A stretch of DNA of 64,000 bases from Alphaproteobacteria bacterium (lineage in GTDB: Bacteria; Pseudomonadota; Alphaproteobacteria; UBA7985): assembly GCA_965658725.1 (NCBI GenBank), contig CBFHUI010000004.1, positions 2,825 through 66,824 on the forward strand. Reading direction: 5' to 3'. Both the position numbers and the translations under genes were made by a program. A model generated the notes under the pieces. The model was not told the origin of the DNA, ran no database searches, and saw only the letters and a program-made list of their open reading frames with translations. Position 1 is the stretch's first letter, and every line of letters starts with the position of its first letter. This document shows, one piece after another, positions 57,338 to 64,000 of this stretch.

Positions 57338-57812
57338 TCGCCTTCGCAGTCTGGGAAAGTCCGGCTCGGCGCAGGTCGTCGGGGTGGTGGTCTGGGCTCT
57401 GCAGCGCTGTCGCATGGGCCGCGAAGAAAGCGTCGATACTCACTCGATCCAGCCCAAGCGGTCTTAACTGCCGCAGGGGAAAGTCGCGGGCGTTGCTGGT
57501 AACAATCAAGCTGGCGTCAGCACTCAGCGCCGCTTCGATCACATGCAGATCGCCGGGATCGCGGAAGCCGTTGGCGGAGAGCGGGAGCGGGGCGGGTGTG
57601 ACGATGCTGGCCTGAAACTGGGTCAGAAAAACCTCAGCATCGGGCATGGCTCGAGCGGTGAGAACGGCGCGGAGCTCCTCGACGGTGCGCGTGGACCAGA
57701 GCGGCTGAATCGTGCCTGTCCGAGCAAGATCGGCAATCAACGCCCGCACTCGAAAACGAAAAAGCGCGTTGGTGTCGAACACAACGCGCTTTGAGGTGGG
57801 TGAGGATGCCAC
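57309..57812 (-). CDS. PIN-domain protein (PIN_3-like)
   Basis: VVFDTNAL, WS....EEL, DPGDLHVIEAA, IVTSNARDFP. Confidence 0.8.
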   Translation of the reverse strand: MASSPTSKRVVFDTNALFRFRVRALIADLARTGTIQPLWSTRTVEELRAVLTARAMPDAEVFLTQFQASIVTPAPLPLSANGFRDPGDLHVIEAALSADASLIVTSNARDFPLRQLRPLGLDRVSIDAFFAAHATALQSPDHHPDDLRRAGLSQTAKAISSLVANHG

Positions 57813-57826
57813 GGAAAGGCGGCTTC

Positions 57827-59464
57827 TTAGCTCTTGGACTCGAGCGTTTCCCAGTGCTGACGCTTGCGGTAGATCGTTGAAGCAGAGATCCCAAGCAGTG
57901 CGGCTGCTTTCGGGATGTTACCACCACAGGACTCGATGGCGTCCTCGATGGCCTGCTTCTCTGTTTCCCACAGGGGCAGAATGCCTTCAGCACGCCGCCG
58001 GATTGGCGCGCCTTCACCAGCAGCAGCCGGGTTGACGATGCCCTCAATCGGGGCAGTGGAGCGCGGAGACAGCGGGTTGGGCGTGCTGGTCGTCGCGCGC
58101 AGGGCTTCTGCGGCGAGGTTCTCGGCCAGCGGACTAGCGGGTGCGGACGGCACGCTGTTCTGCGGAGGAGCCACGGAGACCGGGGATGCGCCGCCTTGGT
58201 TGGGTAGAGCGGTCGGCGCGCCAGCGGTGAACATGGCGGGTGGGGTATGCGCGTGAACACCCGGAACGCGGCCCGGGCCAGACCCTGCCGGGTTTACGGG
58301 TGCTGGCACCATATCGGCTGTTACCTGCTCACCCTTGTTCAGGACGACGATGTTACGGATAACGTTCTGCAGCTGGCGGACGTTGCCCGGCCAAGGATAG
58401 TTCAGGAACATGCGGGAGACTTCGGGGTCGAAATCGCGGAAGCGCTTGTTCTCTTCAGCAGCAAACTCCACCAGAATCTTGCGGGCAATGTCGAGCGTAT
58501 CGCCCTCACGCGCGCGCAGCGGTGGCAGGTGGATCGGAATGACGTGCAGGCGGTAGTAGAGGTCTTCGCGGAAGCGGCCTTCGCCGATTTCCACCAGCGG
58601 ATCGCGGTTGGTGGCGCAGATGAAGCGGATATCAACCTTCTGCTGCTTGGTTCCACCGACTTTGGTGAAGGTGCCGGTCTGGATAAAGCGCAGCAGCTTG
58701 GACTGCAGGTGCAGGTCCATTTCGCAGACTTCGTCGAGGAACAGCGTACCGCCCTCCGCCTGCGAGGCCGCGCCTTCGTGATCGCTGATCGCGCCGGTAA
58801 AGGCGCCTTTCACGTGACCGAAGATTTCGGATTCCATCAGGTCTTTCGGGATCGCTGCACAGTTCAGCACGACAAGCGGCTTTTTCGCGCGCGGGGAAAG
58901 ACGATGGATGGCTTCGGCCGTGACTTCTTTACCTGTACCAGACTCGCCGGTGATGAAGGTTGTGGCCTTGGACGGCGCGGCGGATTCCACCATGCGGTAG
59001 ATGACCTGCATGGCCTTGGACTTGCCAATGAAGCCCTGAAAGCCCTTGGTCGAGACCGGCTTGGGGTTGGCGATGACCTGCTGCTTGATGCTCTCGCGCT
59101 TCAAAGCGGCGGTGAGCGTCTGGACGAGGCGCTGTCGGTTGAACGGCTTGACGAGGAAGTCGTACGCCCCGCCGCGCATGGTCTCGACCGCCATGTTGAT
59201 CGAGCCGTGAGCCGTAATCATGATGACGGCGGAGTTGAGGCCGCGCTCCTGGATAAAGTCGAGGATCTCCGTGCCGTTCATATCGGGCAGACGAACGTCC
59301 AGCAAAATGACGTCGGGTTCATCGTTGGAGAGATGCTTGAGCGCTTCCTTGCCACTGCTGGCGTGCGTGATGTCGAGCGGCTCCTCTTTCAGATATTCCT
59401 TATACAGGGAAACCAGAGGCTGCTCATCTTCAACAAGCAAAACTTTAAAGCGTTGTGCGCTCAT
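57827..59464 (-). CDS. sigma54-dependent response regulator (REC-AAA+-Fis HTH), LuxO-like
   Basis: VED, LLDVRLPDM, TAHGS, QGFIG, GESGTGKE, GAFTGA, FLDEVCEMDLHLQSKLLRFIQTGTF, WPGNVRQLQN, ILPLWETEKQAIEDAI..C.GNIPKAA. Confidence 0.9.
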   Translation of the reverse strand: MSAQRFKVLLVEDEQPLVSLYKEYLKEEPLDITHASSGKEALKHLSNDEPDVILLDVRLPDMNGTEILDFIQERGLNSAVIMITAHGSINMAVETMRGGAYDFLVKPFNRQRLVQTLTAALKRESIKQQVIANPKPVSTKGFQGFIGKSKAMQVIYRMVESAAPSKATTFITGESGTGKEVTAEAIHRLSPRAKKPLVVLNCAAIPKDLMESEIFGHVKGAFTGAISDHEGAASQAEGGTLFLDEVCEMDLHLQSKLLRFIQTGTFTKVGGTKQQKVDIRFICATNRDPLVEIGEGRFREDLYYRLHVIPIHLPPLRAREGDTLDIARKILVEFAAEENKRFRDFDPEVSRMFLNYPWPGNVRQLQNVIRNIVVLNKGEQVTADMVPAPVNPAGSGPGRVPGVHAHTPPAMFTAGAPTALPNQGGASPVSVAPPQNSVPSAPASPLAENLAAEALRATTSTPNPLSPRSTAPIEGIVNPAAAGEGAPIRRRAEGILPLWETEKQAIEDAIESCGGNIPKAAALLGISASTIYRKRQHWETLESKS

Positions 59465-59607
59465 CAATATCAAATCCCATGCCAAAGCGTAGGCAATAAC
59501 AATTTACGGCTAAACAATATGCGACGTTGTAATTCTCGATCTAAGTACGCTGCGAAAACCACTGAAATCAAGGATTTTTTTCGGTTTTGACGCAATTCGT
59601 TTGATCG

Positions 59608-59620
59608 CTGCATTTTGCAA
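59608..59620. promoter_or_regulatory. LuxO-box-like palindrome
   Basis: CTGCA-TTT-TGCAA, one mismatch to the Vibrio LuxO site TTGCA-W3-TGCAA, 144 nt upstream of the LuxO-like ATG. Confidence 0.5.
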
Positions 59621-59724
59621 ACATCAGCGCAAAGCGAAAAATCGCTCGGGTGCCGTTTGGCCAATAAGCCAGATTTCCACCGACTTATCCACAAAAAAAC
59701 TCCCTATTTACGGGGGTAGAAGTC

Positions 59725-59755
59725 AAAAAAAGGGCGTCCTAATTGGACGCCCTTT
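59725..59755. terminator. Intrinsic terminator (BI-1 gene; possibly bidirectional)
   Basis: AAAAAAAGGGCGTCC-TAATT-GGACGCCCTTT, perfect 11-bp stem. Confidence 0.88.
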
Positions 59756-59788
59756 GTGCTCAAGTCTGAGACCTGATCAAGCTGGAGC

Positions 59789-60601
59789 CTAGTTCCGTGC
59801 GGAGAAGATCCGCAGCAGGGACAGGAACAGGTTGATGAAGTTGATGTACAGGCTCAGCGCGCCGCCGATGGCGTAGGACTGTGCCAGTGCCTGATCCCCG
59901 GACTGTGCCGCGTGGTAGTACAGGCCCTTCAGGTTCTGCGTGGTGTAAGCGATCAGCGCCAGAGAGGCGAAGATCACGACAACGCTGATCAGGATGTCGA
60001 ACCAGCCACCTGCGAAGATACCGATGCCCAGCACGTTGCCCAGGAACAGCTGTGCGACCGATGCGATGATCGCAGCGAGGATGCCTGCGCCGGCAATCGC
60101 GCCGATGCTGCTCAGGTCACGGTTCGTGGTGTAACCGAAGAGCGACAGAATGCCGAAGCCCAGCGATGCGGACAGGAAGGCCTTGAGAACGACCGGACCG
60201 GAATAGCCGGTGGCGTTCGCCAGCTGCTGCGCGCCCACGCTGTTGATCGCGAAGGCCATGATGAAGGACAGCGCCACGCCCATCAGCGTGGCAAAGGTCC
60301 AGAACACGGCCTGTGCCGCACTGGGGCTCATTGTATAGATGCGTCCACCGAAGATGAATGACAGCACCAGCGGCGCAAACATGACTACCCAGCGCACGGG
60401 CGAGCCGTACAGGATCTGGCCCAGGACGGAGCCGTCCTGAAAGGCAAAGTAGGCAACCACAAAGCCGACGACGCCAGTAAGCGCCAGTCCGCCGATCATG
60501 TAGTTGTAAACGGACAAGAAGAAGGTCCGTAGACCAGCGTCAACCGCGACGTCACCGGCGCGGCGGTAGCTGATTGGATCGTCGTCGAAGTTGTTCGACA
60601 T
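59789..60601 (-). CDS. Bax inhibitor-1/YccA family membrane protein
   Basis: DAGLR.F.LSVYNYM..GLALTG, LFGYTTNRDLS, TQNLK, GALSLYINFINLF. Confidence 0.92.
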   Translation of the reverse strand: MSNNFDDDPISYRRAGDVAVDAGLRTFFLSVYNYMIGGLALTGVVGFVVAYFAFQDGSVLGQILYGSPVRWVVMFAPLVLSFIFGGRIYTMSPSAAQAVFWTFATLMGVALSFIMAFAINSVGAQQLANATGYSGPVVLKAFLSASLGFGILSLFGYTTNRDLSSIGAIAGAGILAAIIASVAQLFLGNVLGIGIFAGGWFDILISVVVIFASLALIAYTTQNLKGLYYHAAQSGDQALAQSYAIGGALSLYINFINLFLSLLRIFSARN

Positions 60602-60721
60602 GGTGTCCTCCGAAAGTAAGGTCAGGAACGATGGGGCATGACCGCCCCAACTCTCGCGCGCATCCTGCCTCAGCAGCAGGAGAAACGCCAGACTTGCGAC
60701 TGATATAGGGGGTCGCAGGCG

Positions 60722-62008
60722 CTAGCGGTAGAACCGTGCGACCAATTCGACGTGACCGGTGAACAAAAATTGATCCAGCGGGGCGACCCATTCGAGCTGA
60801 TAGCCCCCTTCGCGCAAAATCCGGGCATCGCGGGCGAAGGTTGAGGGGTTGCAACTTACGGCGACGACCGTGGCCGGACCCGCATCGGCGAGGGCCTCGG
60901 TCTGCGCTTTGGCTCCGGCGCGGGGCGGGTCGATGACCACGGCCTGAACCTTTTTGAGCGCAGCACCGGTCAGGGGCCAGTTGGCCAGATCGCGGGTCGC
61001 CGCGTGCACGTCCAGCCCTGCTGCCTTGGCGGCTGTTTTCAAAGCCTCGATGGCAGCGGACGCGCCCTCATAGGCCTCAACGGTGTGGCCGCGCTCGGCG
61101 AGCGGCAGGGCAAAAGTGCCGTGTCCGGAATAAAGGTCCATGACCCGTCTCGCTTCGTCCGGGATCGCGGCGAGGACAAGGCTCTGCAGGATGGTCTGCC
61201 CGTCCTCGGACGGCTGAAGAAACGCACGCTGGGGCAAGGCTACCTGCGCCGAACCCAACTGCACCAGCGGCGCAGAGCGCTCGGCGATGGGGAGGTCGTT
61301 GTGCGTCAGCCGCGCCCAGCCTGCTTCTGCTGCCAGTTGCGCAAGCCGGTCCTGAGTCTCAAAGCCCTCTCGCATTCCACCTGACAGCGCGATGTCGAGG
61401 CCGTTGCTGGCCTCAGTGATATGCACGCGCAGGCCTTCGCGGTCTTCGATCAGTCCGTCGAGCCCCGTGCAGAGCAGGGGTAGGGCGTCGAGCAGGGCGG
61501 GGCGCAGGACCATGCAAGTCTCGACCACTTCCACCCAGTGCGAGGAGCGGCGGCGAAAGCCGATCTGCACAGGCTTGCCCATGGGCTGGAGCGCTATGAA
61601 CTCCGCGCGTCGCCGTGTGCCAGCCTCGACAGCTTCGAGCGGCAGGACCAGCGCGGGGTCATAGCCCGCCCGGCTCACGGCGTCTTCGACGCGGGTCAGT
61701 TTCCAGTCGTGCTGAGCGCTGAGGCTCCAGTGCTGCAACTGACAACCGCCACAGGCTCCAAAGTGCGGACAGGGCGGTTCCGTGCGGTCGGGGCCTTCGC
61801 TGAGCAGTTCAAGGATCTCGGACTGTGTGCCTGACGCGGACTTGGCCGTGGTCTGCACCAGCACTTCGTCCCCCGGCACGGTCAGCGGTACGAAAACCGG
61901 GCCTTCGACGCCGGGTTGCGGCGCGAGGATGCCGTCGCCGCGTCCGCCGATACTCTCGATTTTGCCTTGGAGCTGCTTGCCCCCGCCCTTGCGCTGCTTG
62001 CGTCTCAT
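60722..62008 (-). CDS. RNA m5U methyltransferase (RlmD/TrmA family, TRAM domain)
   Basis: CPHFGACGGCQLQH, AFLQ, DLYSGHGTF, DPPRAG, VSCNPSTFARD, FLFTGHVE. Confidence 0.9.
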   Translation of the reverse strand: MRRKQRKGGGKQLQGKIESIGGRGDGILAPQPGVEGPVFVPLTVPGDEVLVQTTAKSASGTQSEILELLSEGPDRTEPPCPHFGACGGCQLQHWSLSAQHDWKLTRVEDAVSRAGYDPALVLPLEAVEAGTRRRAEFIALQPMGKPVQIGFRRRSSHWVEVVETCMVLRPALLDALPLLCTGLDGLIEDREGLRVHITEASNGLDIALSGGMREGFETQDRLAQLAAEAGWARLTHNDLPIAERSAPLVQLGSAQVALPQRAFLQPSEDGQTILQSLVLAAIPDEARRVMDLYSGHGTFALPLAERGHTVEAYEGASAAIEALKTAAKAAGLDVHAATRDLANWPLTGAALKKVQAVVIDPPRAGAKAQTEALADAGPATVVAVSCNPSTFARDARILREGGYQLEWVAPLDQFLFTGHVELVARFYR

Positions 62009-62730
62009 TGCCGTACCAGATGGATCAAATATTCGCGGTTGCCGTCTCCGCCTTCGATGGGGCTATCGCCATTCCAAGCGATGGTCCAGTCCGCATGCGC
62101 GTCAGCCAGCCACGCGCGGACAAGGTCAAGCGCGGCGGCGGGGTCTTTGGCGACACCGTCCTTTTGCAGGCCGTCGCGCCCGACTTCGAACTGTGGCTTG
62201 ACCAAAATCAGCGCCTGCGCCTGCTGTGGGAGAAAGCGTAGGGCGGGATCGAGGGCCTTGGTCACAGAGATAAACGACACGTCGGAGACCAGATGCGTCA
62301 CCCCATGCTCAGCCAGCAATTCCGCCCCCAAATCGCGGGCGTTGAAGCCGTCGAGCGCGTGCAAGCGCGGGTGGGAGCGCAAGCTTGGGTGCAGCTGGTC
62401 GTGTCCAACGTCCAGCGCCACAACGTGACGGGCGCCGCGGTCCAGCAGCACTTGAGAAAACCCGCCCGTTGATGCGCCGATGTCGATGCAGGAGCGGTCA
62501 GTGGGATCAAAGCCGGGGCACCGTTTCAGCGCTTCAACCAGCTTGAGCGCTGCGCGAGACACCCACGGGTGATCGTCGATTTCCAACCGGTCAAAGGCTT
62601 CTGTGCTGATCTTGTCGCTGGGCTTGAGCGGGCGACCGTCGAGGGTGATTTTGCCGCGCTTGAGTAAATCCGCAGCGCGGGACCGGCTCGACACGCGGCC
62701 TGCCGCAACAAGGCGCGCGTCCAGACGCAT
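62005..62730 (-). CDS. tlyA: TlyA-family RNA methyltransferase
   Basis: S4 domain; WVSRAALKL, DIGASTGGF, DVSFIS, LVKPQFEVG, PIEGGDGNREYL. Confidence 0.92.
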   Translation of the reverse strand: MRLDARLVAAGRVSSRSRAADLLKRGKITLDGRPLKPSDKISTEAFDRLEIDDHPWVSRAALKLVEALKRCPGFDPTDRSCIDIGASTGGFSQVLLDRGARHVVALDVGHDQLHPSLRSHPRLHALDGFNARDLGAELLAEHGVTHLVSDVSFISVTKALDPALRFLPQQAQALILVKPQFEVGRDGLQKDGVAKDPAAALDLVRAWLADAHADWTIAWNGDSPIEGGDGNREYLIHLVRQ

Positions 62731-62734
62731 GCGC

Positions 62735-64000
62735 CTAGGCCGACAGCGCCGAAATCGTCAGCACGGCTTCAGCCTCGTCCATACCCAGCAGTTGCAACGC
62801 CTTGCAGGCGATAGACGCACTGTCCAGCCCGGCGGCGGCGAGCTGGTCGGCGGGGCTCATGTGGTCGATGAAGGCGTCTGGCATGGTCAGGGTGCGGATC
62901 TTTACGCCCCGGTCCAGATGCCCGGCCTCGGCCAGATGCGTCAGCACAGCCGCGCCAAAACCGCCCGAAGAGCCTTCCTCGATGGTCAGGAGGGCGTCGT
63001 GACTGGCCACGGTTTCGTCGATCAGTGCCGTATCGAGCGGCTTGGCAAAGCGGGCGTCAATGACGGTGGGGTTGAAGCCCTTGGCCGCCAAAGTCTCAGC
63101 CGCGGCGAGCGTGTCTTTGAGCCGTGCGCCGTAAGACAGCAGGGCGATGGCCGAACCCTTGCGCACCACGCGCCCCTTGCCTATTTCCAGCGGCACGCCG
63201 CTCTCCGGCAGGTCCACGCCCACGCCATCACCGCGTGGGAAGCGGTAGGCGAATGGCCCGGCATCGTAGGCCGCAGCGGTGGCCGTCATGTGCATCAGCT
63301 CTGCCTCGTCCGCCGGTGCGGCAACCACCATACCGGGGATGGTGAGCAGGTAGGAGATGTCATAGGCCCCGTGGTGAGTCTGACCGTCTGCCCCCACAAA
63401 CCCGGCGCGGTCGAGGACAAAGCGCACGGGCAGGCCTTGGATGGCTACGTCATGGATCAACTGGTCATAGGCGCGCTGCAGGAAGGTCGAGTAGATCGCC
63501 ACAAAGGGCTTCATCCCTTCACAGGCCAGCCCCGCCGCAAAGGTGACGGCGTGCTGCTCGGCGATACCCACGTCGTGGGTGCGCTCTGGGAAGCGGGTGC
63601 CAAAGGTGTCCAGGCCCGTGCCGGACGGCATGGCGGCGGTGATTGCAGCGATGCGCTCGTCACGCTCCGCTTCGCGGATCAGTGCGTCTGCAAACACGCG
63701 AGTGTAGCTCGGCGCGTTGGACGGCGGCTTGGATTGCTTGCCAGAGACCACGTCGAACTTGGCGACGCCGTGGTACTTGTCTGCTGCGGCTTCGGCGGGC
63801 GCGTAGCCCTTGCCCTTTTGCGTGACCACGTGGACCAGGAACGGCCCGGCCCCGTTCTCGCTCGCTTTCCGCACGTTCTCGAGCACGGGCAGCAAGTGTT
63901 CAAGATTATGACCGTCGATCGGGCCGATGTAGTAGAAGCCCAGCTCCTCGAACATCGTACCGCCGGTTGCATAGGTGCGCGCAAACCCTTCCGCGCGCTT
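62735..64000 (-). CDS. dxs: 1-deoxy-D-xylulose-5-phosphate synthase (5' end outside the window)
   Basis: [64 protein letters not shown]; frame open to the window edge. Confidence 0.96.
   Translation of the reverse strand, partial: KRAEGFARTYATGGTMFEELGFYYIGPIDGHNLEHLLPVLENVRKASENGAGPFLVHVVTQKGKGYAPAEAAADKYHGVAKFDVVSGKQSKPPSNAPSYTRVFADALIREAERDERIAAITAAMPSGTGLDTFGTRFPERTHDVGIAEQHAVTFAAGLACEGMKPFVAIYSTFLQRAYDQLIHDVAIQGLPVRFVLDRAGFVGADGQTHHGAYDISYLLTIPGMVVAAPADEAELMHMTATAAAYDAGPFAYRFPRGDGVGVDLPESGVPLEIGKGRVVRKGSAIALLSYGARLKDTLAAAETLAAKGFNPTVIDARFAKPLDTALIDETVASHDALLTIEEGSSGGFGAAVLTHLAEAGHLDRGVKIRTLTMPDAFIDHMSPADQLAAAGLDSASIACKALQLLGMDEAEAVLTISALSA

Noticed and set aside
59469-59484. TGGCATGGGATTTGAT as a sigma54 promoter of the LuxO-like gene
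   Set aside because: -12 is GA not GC, it overlaps the SD, and the implied TSS would fall downstream of the ATG
1-64000. tRNA/rRNA genes, CRISPR arrays, IS elements, prophage
   Set aside because: No cloverleaf, repeat-spacer array, transposase or phage structural motifs seen by eye; a tRNAscan/Infernal/ISEScan run would be needed to exclude them fully

Overview
High-GC chromosomal window of an alphaproteobacterium (MucR/Ros, class I LysRS, CobST, CenR-like regulator), mostly core housekeeping genes: atpC, dinG, lysS, pyrD, gpsA, an ATM1-type ABC transporter, rpmB, a yhhQ-queA-tgt-queG queuosine operon, the miaB-phoH-ybeY-corC-lnt-trmB-rimP-nusA-infB block, tsaB/rimI/mucR, lolA/xth, accA/xerD, aroKB, bolA-J-cobST, rbfA, tlyA and a 5'-truncated dxs. 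I saw no tRNA, rRNA, CRISPR array or IS element. The most unusual signals are five. (1) Two tandem, paralogous, secreted Tyr/Gln/Ala/Pro-rich low-complexity proteins share a YxKTGYAP motif; each has its own correctly spaced sigma54 (-24/-12) promoter, the upstream one has a palindrome at enhancer distance, and the downstream one has an in-frame TAA in its signal peptide. (2) A Vibrio LuxO-like sigma54 activator carries a one-mismatch LuxO box upstream but has no luxU next to it. (3) Dihydroorotate dehydrogenase is fused in frame to a HAD-IIA phosphatase. (4) The queuosine operon has a structured leader with an anti-Shine-Dalgarno loop. (5) There are a TLESWS voltage-gated Na channel operon and a TipN/GPR-like polar scaffold. 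All family calls are by-eye motif recognition; no database searches were run.
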